Source: the human T2T-CHM13v2.0 reference genome, Homo sapiens
NCBI RefSeq assembly: GCF_009914755.1
Contig: NC_060937.1
Length of the DNA: 64,000 nt
Strand: one strand, 5' to 3'
Within the stretch, counting starts at the first letter, position 1. Each line of letters starts with the position of its first letter. Shown here in pieces: positions 14,531 through 29,389 of the stretch. The notes under the pieces are model-generated. The model saw nothing but the letters and a program-made list of their open reading frames with translations, was not told the origin of the DNA and did no database searches. Position numbers and translations under genes: made by a program.

Positions 14531-15659
14531 AACAGTAGGTTTTACAGAGGGAAATTGGTGACTCTGATTTTAAAGAGTGACACTTTTGCTCCCTATGATT
14601 TCAGGCAAGTCATACTTTTTAAATCTAAAAAATACTATCTGTGAGGAGGTTTTAAAGCATCAATCAACCTAAAAGTTTAAACCTTTTCCCCATCTTTGAG
14701 CATTATTATTATTTCTAAGTTTTGTAAGTGATTTTTATTTTGAACTGGATCTTGTACAGAAAAGTGTTTACAAACTGTGAAGCACTATGTACCTGTGAAG
14801 TTTTATATATTTTTCATGTTTTCATTGCAATGATATTTTACTTAATTAGATTTCACATGTAACTACTATTCATTATAGCAGATTACATATATATATCTTC
14901 TGATTCCAAAGAAATACTTTCAATAGTTTTGAAATAGCCTTGGTTGCAAATAGAGCACCTTTGATTTTCTTCATAAAATCATCTTTCATAACCTTTGGAT
15001 TGAACACCTTATATCACTTTCATGTTGCTCTTTGAAACTCTATTTCTGATCCCTTTAACATCAAATACAGAAAGAAACATACTAGAGCACCATCACAGTA
15101 CAGCCCTTTGGAGATTCCAGAATAAGGCCTATGGCACAGTACGTTAACCCATCACCCATTCGGATACTTTAGCTTATTTGACCCCTGCTTGACAAGAAGA
15201 GGTCAGATTCATATTGTTAATATTCTTAAGCATGTGTATGTCTGACACCCTCCATTTCCCTTTAAGACCAGAATAGAGTTCAAATGCACTCACCTTTTCA
15301 ATAAAGCATCACTAGTATTGTCTGCATATACACTTGGTATTCAGAAGATGCAGATCTTTTTGAAGTAAAATCAAGAAAATACTTCTTGTATATATTTTGC
15401 CAAAGATTTAAAATGCTTTGTGCAATAAGTTGCTCTTATCAAAGGTTTAGATGAAAAAAAATGAATGTTTCAGAAGATATATCTTAACCTAAAGAATATA
15501 AAAAGTAACAGCTATGCAAACCAATTTGGTAGATAATAGTTTTAGGTCACTAGATGTTCAGAGCTAAATTTTGGATTTTATCATTAATAAAATGAGTCCT
15601 CTATACGACTTCTTCCTCCTCTTATGTCTTTAGTATTTAATTTTTGGCAATACATTATG

Positions 15660-15910
15660 GATGGACTAGTATACAGTTATAAAAGCATGGAATTTTACAT
15701 TGTAGAACTCTGAATTTGAATGCGAGTGGTCTTTGACACTTTACAATTGAACAAGTTACTTAACCAAGTGTGATCCATTTATTTTTTCTATGAAATGGAA
15801 GAATGTATATATCACAGAGTTTTCTCTTCCTTGTTTTATTCCATTTTGCTAATTAAATAAAAAACTGCGTATACATTGCCTGATACAAAATAGAGCTTCA
15901 ATCAACAATT
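15660..15910 (+). mobile_element. MIR SINE
   Basis: Core ttgaacaagttacttaacc...ctatgaaatggaag; 3' part tgcctgatacaaaatag. Confidence 0.6.
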
Positions 15911-16235
15911 GGCTTCTTTTTAGTATGTTAGGTGGTTTTATATAATTGTTAATATAAATTGCCTAAAATTATTTTATCTGAGCATGTATGATATTAACAA
16001 ATGTGTATTTGATACCAAAATATGCTCAATAACAAGATGAAGGAGAAGAGTAAGGAGAAAATTGGCCATGATAACAAACATACTCTCTCATAAGTAAACT
16101 ACTACACAAGCATTGCTATTCTATTATTTTGCTTTTTATTGTTGTTAACTTGATCTTTATCAGTTTTAATTCTATTTTGGGTGACTTTCTATAGGTAAGG
16201 ATGTAGTGATAATAAATCATAATACATTTGAAATA

Positions 16236-17068
16236 CAATCAGGAACTGCAATAATAATGTTTTGGTTAATGACAGACCTCATATACAATGGTGATCCCAT
16301 AATATTTTAGTGAAGCTGAAAAATTCCTGTTGCCTAGTGATATCTTGATGGTTCTGACCCTGTGTAGGCCTAGGCTAATGTGTGTGTTTGTGTCTTCATT
16401 TTTAACAAAAATTTTAAAATGTAAAACAAAGAAAAAAACAACAAGAAAAGAACCTTATAGGATAAGAATATAGAGAAAATATTTTGGTACATCTGTAAAT
16501 GTGTTTTTGTTTTAAGCTAAATGTTATTACAGAAGAGCAAAAAGTTTTAAATAGGAAAAAGTTTATAAAGTGAAAAACTTACAGTAAGCTAAAATTATTA
16601 AAAAATAAATAACTTGAAAAATGTCTTATGAATTTAGCATAGTCTAAGTGTACAGTCTTTATAAAGAATAAGGTAATGTACAGTTATGCCCTAGGCCTTC
16701 ACATTCACTCACTCACTGACTTACCAAGAACAACTGCCAATGTTGCAACCTTCATTCAGTAAGTGTCCTATTTAGGTGTGCCAATTTTTATCTTCTATGC
16801 CATAATTTACTGTCACTTTTCTATCTTTAGGTATATTTATGTACACAAATACTTAAAATTGTGTTACAATTGCCTACAGTATTCAGTACAGTAACATGCT
16901 ATATGGGTATGTAGCCTAGGAGCAATAGGTTTATACCATGTAGCCAGGGTGTGTAGTAGGTTACACCACTTAAGTTTGAGTAAGTATACTCTATGATGTT
17001 CACACAAGAACAAATGTGCCTATTGATGTATTTCTCAGAACATAACCCTGTTAAGTTGTGCATGACTG
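16236..17068 (+). mobile_element. Tigger3 (Golem) non-autonomous DNA transposon
   Basis: Degenerate TIRs caatcaggaactgca... and ...gttaagttgtgcatgactg; internal gctgaaaaattcctgttgcctagtga; TA on left, TG on right. Confidence 0.88.
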
Positions 17069-17183
17069 TGATAAATATCAATACTGTGAAATGCTTTGAG
17101 AATATATAGTTATTTCGTTATTTATGAAAGTATTTCATTGTTTTTTATGAACACATTTTTCCCTGAGAATGATTGCCAACTAA

Positions 17184-17259
17184 ACAAGGTTTCATTGGAG
17201 TTTGTCTATTGACAAGGTGTTATTGGAGTTTGTCTATTGACAAGGTTTTATTGCAGTTT
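17184..17259. repeat. 28-bp tandem repeat, about 2.7 copies
   Basis: acaaggt(t/g)t(c/t)attggagtttgtctattg starting at 17184, 17212 and 17240 (partial). Confidence 0.9.
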
Positions 17260-18733
17260 TTATATTATCAACATTATCTAGCTTTGCAAACCATAGTGTT
17301 CAAAAACCTTAATTCAATGTGTTTGTCATCACATACATTTGATACCAGGAAGTCATTTCTTTAAATGAAAGAGTTTAGAAGCTCAGGTTATCTCAGAAGT
17401 TGAAAGATATACATAGAGACAAGGATACTAGATTCTGAAACTCAGCTTCTAAATGTTCATCACTACCTCAAATAACGTGTTATAGGGAATACCAAATTTT
17501 TATCAAATAAAGTAATTGTTCCCAAAATAAAATATGAAAAAAGTTCACTATCAAAAAACTTGTGAATAAAATATGTACTGTGATGATCATTAAAATCAAT
17601 ACATTATATCACAATTTGTATTATACAAAGGTAAGAAAAATCTAGTAAAATCTTCAAAAGTATCTAAAGATTAATTATAGTTAACTATTACATACTCCAT
17701 TCAATAAGTATTGGTGTTGTTCAGTTTGTACCAGATATTGTTGAGGTTCTGAAGATCTAGCAAATCTGGTAGACCTATAGAATTAAACTGTTAACCAATG
17801 TCCTGAGTAACACTGAAATAAATGAGAAATTGAAAAGCATGCAGGTTTTGAAGAAATTTTCCCAGTGTAAACTCAACTTATTTTTCCAAGTACGATTCTT
17901 TATATTTTGTGATTTTGTAGTTTTGCTAAGATTATTAAGAATTCAGTAATCAAAATATTTACACATTCTGCACTGACCAAATGTCTTCTTGTGTTGATTT
18001 TAGTTTCAGCAGTATGTATGCACATTTAGTATAAGCTGCTATGAGAATGATTTTTGAATGATCACCATTTTCTTTTAATTTTGGCAGTTCTATGATATCC
18101 ATAACTCAGAAATGTAAGTTCAACCTCACACATAACCAGAAACCTAACTAAACTATAAATTATCGGGTAAAATTCCTATTTTACTAACAAAAATTAAATG
18201 ATCTTTTATTACACATACGCACACACAACACGTAAACTAAACTATGTATAGAGGACTATAAGTAACACATTGCATGCCCTCATTTCTCTAGTGTGACATG
18301 TACTGGAGTTCTATTTGAGAAGCTTTATTACTGCTAGCTGTCTTCCAGATATATGTCTATTCTTGGTTTTATTTGGAGATTTATTTATATGCTTCTTTGG
18401 CGCTTTTTCTAAAGTGCATAGCTAAGAGACGTGAATTTTTCCATTTTTTTAGTTTTGTTTATATGTTAAGATATCATCTAGTTATAAACTTGTCATTGGC
18501 TACTAAGTTTATAACATGGTTTTTCTTACAGAAAAAAATATAGACTTCCATTCTTTCTGTCACAATTAATTTATGTTGCAGTAAATAGGTTAGTAAGGTC
18601 TAGAAAATATTTTAGAAAGGCAAGGGAGAACAAGTACTGAACAGATACAAAGTTCTCCCTGTAGAGAAGGATTTGTAGAAACAGCCCTGTGTGGTCACTG
18701 GATGGCTGTATAAATTGTCATGTTGTGCAGACA

Positions 18734-18820
18734 TCTCTCTCTCTCACTCTATCTCCTTCTCTCTCACAAAATAGAGCTTTTGTGTCTTTTAAATACACAC
18801 ACACACACACACAGACACAT
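18734..18820. repeat. (CT)n and (CA)n microsatellites
   Basis: Directly visible. Confidence 0.8.
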
Positions 18821-21800
18821 AGATGCTCAAAAGGAAATTTGAAGTGTTATAATATTTAATCTTGAAAGTAGAAATTTTCAGCTACCTATTTCTCAAATAA
18901 TTTTCCCAACATTTCTCTTATTTGGATGATTTTTGTCGCTAGTATATTTAAAAGAAAAATTATATTTTAAAAGACCTTCATATACAGTACATTTTTCAGT
19001 TGTATAGTGATGTTACTTTTTAAAGTATATCTTTAATATGTAACTATCTTTTAAAATTATTTTGCTTTACCTAACAAATTTTCTCCAAACAAATTTACTG
19101 GCATCTTGTCATTTGGTGTTGACATTGTAGCTATACTCTTGATGTCCCCAGTGACTTTCATTGATTTAGTTCACTTTTCTGTTTGGAATGTAACATCTTA
19201 CAGCCTTGCATTGACATCTTCTGGGGAATTTTGTGATGGCAGAAAGTCCTACTAATGTGAATAGTATAGATTCATACTTATTTTCTATTGTTTATATGCT
19301 ATCTCTTAGCTTACTGAATGATGTTATTTAACATATGTCTCTGAGGTGTGTATAATATATAATTTAAAAAATAATATTAAGCTTTCATTGATCTATGCAG
19401 CTGAGTGAGAGGCAATATTTCTAGATAAATTGTACTTTGGGATCCCAACATTATTATAATTTTGAACAGAAAATGAAAATTTTTATTTCATGAGTTAACT
19501 CTAAAAGTCTTCAAGATAATTTTAGCAGTACTACTCTGTGTGTATGTTTATTGCTTTTCTTTTTAAACAGTAGTTACACATTAATATATATTTCCTTAGT
19601 ACTTTTGAATTCATCATGCATGAAACACAACATTTAAAATGGGCAAATTTTCTATAGAATATAGTTCACTAAAAATGCTTTACTATCATATTTGTCTTAA
19701 AAATAAGTATTAATGATATAATTTAAAGAGCAGCTAATATATCAAAATTGCAATGTTGTCAGCCTGTTTGCAGGCACAGATTTTAAGTTCTTTACTCAGT
19801 CCTAGCAATAGAACTTCAGTAAAATGTCTGTCTTACCATAGCTGCCTATGGAATAAGACCCGTAATGGGATAGTTTGTGACTACAAAATATATTCAAACT
19901 AACTGAACATATCTATATAAAACTTTTAATCTTGATCTTACTAGAAATATTTTCTACTAAACTAGCTATTTCTATGAAAGTACTAAATACACTATCTTCC
20001 TGAAATAATAATTTCAAGAAATATCTATTTCTGTAAATTTTCTTTAAAAATTTCTTTTAAAATATTGAATATGCTGAAATTAAAATAAATTGCTTAAATG
20101 ATTAAATATAAACAATAGTAATAAACATTCCATACAGATTTTCAGAAAATTATATTTCAATGAAGACATGCTCACCTTATACATTTACTTAAGCTCACTT
20201 AATCTGTCATAAACATATGATTATGAGATACTGTCACAAAGTATCTCATCAAATCTTCAATAAAACATAAGGTTATTCTGTGTGGCAAAGACTTCTTTTT
20301 TAAAAAATGTACACTATTACACTTCTTAAGGCGAAAGTATGAATTCGTTCTTTTTTGAACGTCTTCTTCCAATAGGCATTTCTCTGACAGTTTATTGGTC
20401 ATCACCTCTAGTACATTTCACCTATTCAAGGTGTTAATTAGGGGATGCTTATTCTATGAGCTAGCCACATTTTTGCTTTCAATTTAAATTAAAACATGTT
20501 TCCAGAATAGTTTTATAGGCATTATTGTATATCTGACTAATATGAGTTATTGTTAACTACATTATAAATCTTATTTATAGCCATATCCTTGGTAAAATAA
20601 TATTTGATTCCATGTAATAATGCAATTTACAAATATAAACAGAGGTAAATAATTACACTATTATACAGTAAGTAAAATTGTCATTAACTACATATACCTT
20701 TTCCATGAATGACAATATAGTTTTTCTTGGTATTTAGTGTATATAATAGGAAAATCTTCATCTCTTAGTTACCAGATACATAAGGTATATTTTCTATCTA
20801 TAAGCAAGTGGGATTTAATAAAGTGCATTAAAACAAACTGACAATAAAAAGCAGAATATGGTGGGACAATACAGTGGTCCTGGGAAGCTGTTACATTGCA
20901 ATTGGAAAAAATAAGTTGATATTATTAGAGAAAAAAATGCAATGGGAAAGATGGGCTTCCATAAGACTTTAAATGCATTAGAGGAAAAGAACAGTAAGAA
21001 AAAAATGATCATGTGGCAAGAATTGCATGTTTCTTATCCCATGGGAGTTAAGAAGAGAGTGAATATTTTATTTTTGCTGCAGCAGAGGGAGATGATACTA
21101 AAAAGACAGTATAATATATTATAAACTGTTGATTAATCTGTCAATACCAAGATATGGTACTTGGCTATTTTTTTGCCTGCAGGAAAAGTAAACCCTTTGG
21201 AATTAGCTTTCCTTTGTTTCATTTTTTTCTGCTTTATCATTTTATTGATTATTATTTTTACTAATTATACTCCTTATCTGGTCTCTTCAAAATCAAGTTG
21301 GAGCTTTAGATATGAGTCTATCATTCAGGAAAAGAAGCTGGCAAAAAAATATAACAATAAAGGAAGAAACACATGATGGGAGTCTAAACATTACAACTCT
21401 CTTGATTATAAATAGAGATATAGATAGATGATAGATAGTAGATGGACATACTGACATATATATGAGCATAGTAAAGTATGATTATAATAAGTAGTTTGGA
21501 AAGAAGAAATTTACTTTTAATACATTTCTGCTTTTAATGTCTTATCCTGGTAATGAAGCTTTATATTCGTTAACTGATTTCATTATTATATTAATTTAGC
21601 AAATGTTTGCATTTCATAGATAGGTATATTAAATCTCAAAAAGTTTGAATAACTTGTCCAAGATAGCATAAGGTAGTAAAAGCATACCAAAGGCTTTTCA
21701 AAGGATTCAACACTGGAAACATTGAGCCCAACAAATTCTGATTCTATGTTTGTGTAAAGAATGATTGGATTCACATATTAAGTATTTAGAGAATCAAGTC

Positions 21801-22755
21801 GTTAAAATGTCATAAGGCTACCGATAAATTATTATTATTAAGCCTGAACAACTGTTTATGTGATAAATACTGTCTTAATTAGGATTATTTTTTTAAATCT
21901 CAAATAGATACAAAGGTAGGAATTCCTTTAGGATTAATGATTTTTATTTCAAATTGAAATGAAATGAAATAAATTCTGATTCAAATTTTGCTTGAGGTTA
22001 TTTATATTGTATATAGTCTTATTTCCTGGAGGTATTAGAATTAGAACACATTAAAATATTAGTAAATTTTATGGTCATAATTTTAATTACCAATAACTTC
22101 ACAATGGTAAATCATTTAAAGCCTTGAGAAATTTACGTCAGCATACCGTTATTCCTAATTTCCAAAATAAAATGAGTTATATCACTTATTTATCACATAA
22201 ATGTTAATAAAATTAGTCTCTTTTTCTACCAAATTTTTATATCTTGAGATTTGCTGATTATAAAATTAAGCAGAGAGCTTCAGTAGAGGCTCAAATGAAC
22301 TCTAAAACATTCAATCTATCAATGTCAAAAATTATTTAGGAAAACTGAAAAGAAATACAGTTATTGTTTATATTTTCTCAATTTCCTATAGTAAGCATTT
22401 GCTATTTTTAATAACAAAAATAATCAGCTAAACTTTAAAAGATTTAATTGTTATGTGAGAAATAGCAAATAACATTATTTTATAATTAAATGAGAAGATG
22501 TAGGTAAGTCTAAGATGAACTGTAACTGAAAGATGAAAGATTTTTAACATATGGGTTTAGGAAATATTTTAGTAAATCATATTTTAATTCCTGTTTCTGT
22601 ATATATTCTGTACTCTGTTCCTCCTGTCTGAAATATATTTCTTCTTTATTTCTGCTCAGACTTCGACTTTTTCCATGCCATGCCGATCTTCTCCTCCCCT
22701 GAGACATGGCCTCAATTGATTTTACTCCTTTCTAACAAAAACTCATCTCTCCTTT

Positions 22756-23228
22756 GAAAATGAGAAATTGTATCATTAATGACAACATGGATGGAATGTG
22801 AGGACATCTTGCTAAGTAAAATAAGCCAGGCACAGAAAGACAAATATTGCATGATCTTACCTTGTATGTGGAATCTAAAACGGTTTATCTCTTGGAAAGG
22901 GAGTAGAAAGACAGTCTGGGTTGGGGAGGACGGCCTGGAAAGTGGTGGGGTTAGGGATGATGTTAATCACAAGGTACATAGTTTCATTTAGACTGAAAAA
23001 ATAAGTTTTAGTGATCTATTGCACTGCATGGTGACCACGGTTAATAATAATGTATTATATCTTTCAAACTTGTTAAAATAATATTTTTAATGATGTCACT
23101 ATAAAAATAGTTAAGTTGATGAGGTGATGGATATGGTAATTAGCTTGATTGAATCTTTATATTTTATTTATATATATATATCAAAACATGACATTTTACC
23201 CCACAAGTATACACAAATTAAATTAAAA
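22756..23228 (+). mobile_element. L1MA (MA8/9-like) ORF2 end plus 3' UTR
   Basis: Translation TTWMECEDILLSKISQAQKDKYCMI matches the L1 ORF2 C-terminus; 3' UTR gatctattgcactgcatggtgaccac...gaggtgatggatatg. Confidence 0.88.
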
Positions 23229-23599
23229 TGATTCATCACAAGTTTCACGTGCAAAGTCTATGCTCAAATTTTACTTTCAAAACTATGTTTCTCTTTGCTT
23301 AGAAATCTGGTGGTTTCTATAGTGGTTTCTAAAGCAAAAAACACAGAAACAACATACAAAATGTTAGAGATAAGTGTGCACGGGCACTGCTTGAAAGAGA
23401 ATAAATTGATATACCAGCTAGTATAGTCAAGTGGCAGAAAAGAAAATGACATTCTAAAACAAGTGGTCTATATATTTCAGCCTTTCTATTACTTACTCAT
23501 AAATACAGGATCATTTTAATGCTGATATATTTATTAATTCATACAGATTCACAGTTTCTGAAAGGACCATGGACTAATTGGATCACAAGCAAACTGAAA

Positions 23600-25300
23600 C
23601 ATTACAGGGTAAATATTATTGTGATTAGGATTATACAAAAACACCATGATGCCTCTCCCAACTTAGGGAAATCAGTGAAGGTTTTCTTGAAGAAAAGTGT
23701 TATGAACCATTAGAATATTTGGGTAAAAGGACCAGACTGCCAGTACAGCCAACTGCTGTAATATGAATGTTTTTCTTATGTGGCTTAGTGATTTTCTTTT
23801 TTAAAAGTGGATAATGATCTGGAGATATTTTTAAACAAATAAATTGAACGCTAGGTTTTGAAGAGCTCTCTGGCAGCGCTATAGAGATTGGATTGAGTTT
23901 GGAGGTACATTAGATTCACGAAGGCTAATTAAATGGCTCTGGCCATAATCCAGGGTTGATATGAAAAAGCTCTTAACAAAAGAATTGGGGGTAGAGGTAA
24001 TAGGAAATATGAAGCAGTTTTGAGAGGTATTTAATATATTGATGTGACCAAGTCGAATGACTTGTTAAGATATCATAAATGAGAATATAAGAAGAGTCTA
24101 AGCATTTTTTACACCATAAAATACAAACAAAATAATAATATTTCAAAACATTTTGGAATATACAGATAAACTTACATTTAATGAGAGATAATCATCTGAC
24201 AAAAGGGCAGAGATGAACAATATCAATCTATACCTGCAACCAATTTGGGACACACTATAATGGAAACCTCTCAAGATTACTTCTGGGCTTCTGCTTATGT
24301 AAGTAAGTGGATTAAAGATAGTACCTTCAAGTGCATGTTTTGAGGACAGTAACAACTAATGAGTAAAGTTTTGGACAAGTTAAATAAATCAAAGTACAGA
24401 TATCCTGCATGTTATTACAAGTTTTGTTCTACATTTCAGAAGACAGCAGTAGGAGAAGAGAGAGATTTGAGGTTATCAACATTTAGGTATTGGCAAAAAG
24501 CCATGAGTCTCCTTAAGATAACAAAGGAAATAAGCGAATTGAGTAGGTCAGTGAAAGAACCTAGAAAGCACTAAAGTTTCAGTGGTCAAATTGAGATGAG
24601 GATCTAAGAAAGAATACAATCAATAAACATAAAAAGAAGTTAGAGGAGACCAGACATTTTATTAGACAAATTAGATAAAACATGGATGGTCACCAATAGT
24701 AAATGCTTCAGAAAAATGAGGTAATACAGAGCAACAACAATAACTACCATCACCACAACAACTATTGAAATCGGAAACTGAAAATTCCTTGGTAACACTG
24801 GGAAGAACAGTGCTAGCTGGGTAATAGGCAAGGTACTAAAAAATTAAATAAATATAAGATTGGAGATTATAGACCATAGGCTACTCTTTTAAGAACTTAT
24901 ACGATTTGGAGGAAAAGACAAATACTTCAGTAGCTACACAAGATGCATTATGATAAGATGACAGTACTTATATTTATATCTAAGTTCTACTGTATTTAAA
25001 AAAGGGAGGTGTGGGCAAGAATAATTAGACAGGGAAAAAAATGACAATGAAGTTGAAGACAAGACAACTGATGGAATAAGACTCCCATTGGGAAGAAGGT
25101 ATGTGTTTCAGATTTTTTTAAATGGAGAAATTATACTTCAGAATAACAAAAACACCTTCATTTAAGATAGAAGGTTAAGGGGAAAGTGGTATTACAATGC
25201 AGATAATTTTCTAGTTTGAAAGGGTAAAATATTGATGGAGTCTATATCTCATTAAAGCTATTTAATTGTAAATAAGGATATCTGCTGTGTAAAATGTAGT
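23600..25300 (-). mobile_element. L2 LINE, degraded
   Basis: Purine-rich antisense L2 motifs (ccataatccaggg, gagagatttgaggttatcaac, tggtcaaattgagatgagg). Confidence 0.5.
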
Positions 25301-28039
25301 CTCTGAAGTGCAGGCTTTGAGAATCAAGGAGGGTTTTGATTAAAGGATATTGAATTGCTGTGTAAAATTGAAATTTTTTGTGAATTTAGAGCTATTGTCA
25401 CATGGTTTTGTCTCATTAAATTCAGAAGTAAGATTGGGAAAAGCAATAGGTTGATTAAAACAATATGCAGGCTTAGGGAGTTGAAGAGGCAGACAACCAA
25501 GGAATAAAGTGTTAATGTTTGGGTGACAGAATACTGTAAATAATAAATAAAAAAAATTACTACTGGGAAGAGATTGTTTAGAATAAATATAATGAAAAAT
25601 ATGTTCTGAAAATTATAAATCCCTAGGTACATATTCAGAAATATTATCAAAAGATACATTAATGCTTAGCTATAATATGTTAATATAATTAGCAGTTTAA
25701 CACTAGTGCTACTATAATGAAAAGGACCACTTATATAAGGATCCTTATTCACACAAAATTCCACATTCATTTAAAATACAATTTAAAATAATTATCCATG
25801 AATCATATTTAGTATTTAATTTCATTATCTTAAGGAATACATACTATATTATTTCCAGAAAAGACATAGAAAATAAGTAAAAACATAATTTCTTTGGCAA
25901 TCCTCTGAGAAACTGCAATAAAAAGAACTGCATTGTCTAATCAGACTCACTCAGAGCTTGAGGTTTATGAAAAATCTGAGCCATAGAAATGATCACAATA
26001 TACAAGCAGAGCAGAGAAGTCCAGGGACTGCCACTGCAGTTGTCTTGTTTGTTGTTGTTGTTTGTTTTGAGGCATTTTTTGTTTTTGCTACATAAGAGTA
26101 GAACAGAATAGCATATCAAGTCCCTAAATAATGTTCGCAGCTATATTGATTAAAATAAAAATTGAGTTGTTTTAGTTGTAATACATCTCCATTTTATACT
26201 CTGATATTTACATAACATACAGGACCTTTACCAGGGAGCCATGCTCTTAAATCCCTATGCTCTACATGTGCTTATACTAAGCAATTAAAACAAGTACAAC
26301 ATATGAAGAACATTTTATAGATAAGGGCTTTTTCACCAGCAAATACCAGTAACATGTTTGCAAGAGGTTTGTCATTACACTATTTATGAGTATATTTGTC
26401 CAGGCTATCTTCTTTGTTTCATGGGGGCACCCCTCCATTGAATTGAGGGAATCATCTGTAGGCCTACTGCTAACCATTTTCTTCCAGAAACATACATTTA
26501 TATTTGACAACTGGTGGTCCTTTAATATTCATTTAAATTTTAAGTTTCTCATCAATGAAATTACAAAAGATGAAAGACATTAGTATTTTCCCTGCGCCTC
26601 TGAGCCAAACAATATCAAGTAGCTTCTAGCTGCTTTCTGCATAATTAAAAATATAATGTCAGTACGGTTAAGCATCCAAGGTAAATAAAGTATTACATGA
26701 TGTCAAGAGCTACCTTATTGATAATTTGGTCACTGTGACCTCTGAGACCCCTCTGAAAATATCTGGACTTAGAGAAGAATACTGTGTTTCCTATTTATTG
26801 CTTGTCTATGCTATATAATCTCACTCTCCCTCTAAGAAACCAAATTAGGAGCTAGAGATATGTAACTAGACATACCTAATAAAGGAATACAATTGGCCAA
26901 CATAAGGTATTTCATCAGCAAACACAGTTCACTAATTTTTCAACCAGAGATGTTAAATACTATCCAAAGCATTCTATGATGTTATAAAAGTCCAAAATAC
27001 TCATTTATAAGAAAGTGCATTTGTACAAAATATAAATAGGAAAGCAAGGCGGTCTTTTCTTACAGAATCCTACAGTAAGATCAAAGAACCTTACTGAACA
27101 GACATTTAAATAGATCACTGAGAGGTAACATTTGAATTGGTTTTAATTTTATTTGAGAAAATTCTACCAAAATCTATAAACCAGCCAATAAAATGTCATG
27201 ATTAACTGCATCAAATGCTGCCAAAAGGTCCAACAAAATCATGAAAGACAACGTCCCTTGTTGCAATCAAAAGGTCATTATTTTCTTTCAATACAGCAGT
27301 CTCAGCACTATGATGAGGATGAAATCCTGATTAAAATTGCTCAAATGAGTCAAATTGCCTCATGTGTTAATGTAATTGATTACAACCTCCAACACTTTAA
27401 GCAGAGCCTAAATTAAAAAATGAATGATGATGTTGCACTTTATCCACCAGCAATGAAGCTTTCTTCAGCACTTCTGGCTCAGTATAAATTCACGGTCATT
27501 TGAAGAGCTGACTCAGAGCCAAGAAGGAGAAAAAATACTATTTTAATGTCCATCAATGACATTATGAGAATCAATATCCAGGTACAAAACAGAGGACTGA
27601 GTCTTGCTGAGAATCCATCTCTCACTCCGAGAACCAGAATTTACTAATCCTGAACTGTTGAAAAAGAATATCTACTTTGGTCTCTGAATAATTACTACCA
27701 TAAACTGAATGATCATATTCCCACATTGTGCTCCTCACAAAGTTTTGCTACTGAACAATACAAAAAAGACATGTTCTTAGATCTTGATAGTTCTCCCTCA
27801 TTTTGGTGCCTCTCACAGATTAAGAGAGACAGGAACTGTGTCATTGACCTCCAGGTCATTAGTGCTACAGCTGTACCCTAAGACCATCGCAAGGTAGACT
27901 AGAGATAGGAGGCGGAGACAAATCAGAAAAGAATGATTTACGGATTGCAGATATTTTAGCAAACAACCTTGGCTCATAACTTATGCATGTAATCTATGAG
28001 GAAAAATTGACATTAAAATTTAAAATGTTGCTATGTGAT

Positions 28040-28310
28040 AGTAATAACAGTAATAGATAACATTCAGGGAGTGATTATTTTTTCCAGGAAATATTATAAG
28101 TAATGTATCTACATATGAACAAAATTCATGTTTGTATTAGCTTCATAAAAATATCTCCTAATCTATAAAATAATCCCTATTTTGCAGATTAGGAAACTAA
28201 GACAAAGAGAAGAAGTTCTGCCAATTCATTCTTATATAAGTACAAAAGTTTGAAATTGAATTCAAACATTTTGTTTCAAGAGCCTGCACCACTGTCTCAT
28301 AGCATCGCTA
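28040..28310 (-). mobile_element. MIR SINE
   Basis: taatccctattttgcagattaggaaactaagac is the antisense MIR core. Confidence 0.7.
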
Positions 28311-29389
28311 TGCCATCTTATCCCATGTTGTCTAATGCTTATGTGGCTAGTGACACTAGACAAAGCAACTCAATTCTCATGCTACATTCCACTACTTTTT
28401 ACACTGGTATTTCCTTTAGTATGCTGCAAACAGCCATACATATATCCATATTTATATACACACATAAAATGTCATAAGAATCCTAAAGGGTATATATCCC
28501 TAAGCACTGTTTTATATGTACATATGTATTATGCACATATGTATCAAATGATTTAACTCATAACTGGATAAACACTCAAAAACTTTTATAAGAAAAAAAA
28601 TTATAGGACAAAGTATATATTGTCTTTGGCTTAAGTTGCCTATCACTAATTATTTGGATTAAAAGGGTTTCTCAATAGCATTGAGTGGCAATGACAAAAA
28701 AGATTTTCTCTGCGGTAATACTCTCACCATAATAAACTATCTTAGCAGAACGGCATTATCACAGTCAAAATATTGTTGTAGTCTATACATTCTTTCTTGA
28801 AGACACACGTATTAATTTTTTAATCCTGAATATGACAAGAAAGAAACTATAACATATTTTGAACTGAAATAACAATGAGAGAATCATTTCACACAAAATC
28901 ATCTCTAAGTTTCATTAAGTACATCAGCTGTCTCATCAACTGATTTTTGAAGTGGCAGAATGACCTAGCAAATCACATCTAATGACAAAGAAAGTAAATG
29001 TAATTAAAATCCAACCTAGGGCAAAAGCTAATAACTGACAAATGAAGAGAAGGCATTAAAGTTATGTTAAAAGGTGAATTAGTAACCTTGAATGAAATAA
29101 TAACACTCTAATGACTAAATTTCACCGACTGCTTACCAGATTCTGAAGTCAATCAGTCGTCCTTTTAAATCAGGTGTCCAACTATCCCAAGATTGATTAA
29201 GAAATGCTGGCTTCCATTTTTTCAAAGCAATTTCAAATCCTTCCATCAGTAGTTATTTTACTTTTAACATCTTTCCCAAATTGATTGCAGATTCTGTTCT
29301 TGATTTTTGTTCATGTTTCATGGCTCTGATTTCTCATTTAGTCACATCATAGGTCGTAAAACTGTGCTACATTCAAAAGACCACTGAAT

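Noticed and set aside
18068-18119. 26-nt plus-strand micro-exon (ttttcttttaattttggcag|...aat|gtaagt)
   Set aside because: Good splice signals, but not frame-preserving, no partner exons, and such pairs arise by chance in T-rich DNA
25324-25659. 111-aa hydrophobic ORF
   Set aside because: Compositional artefact of a T-rich strand; no motif or exon context
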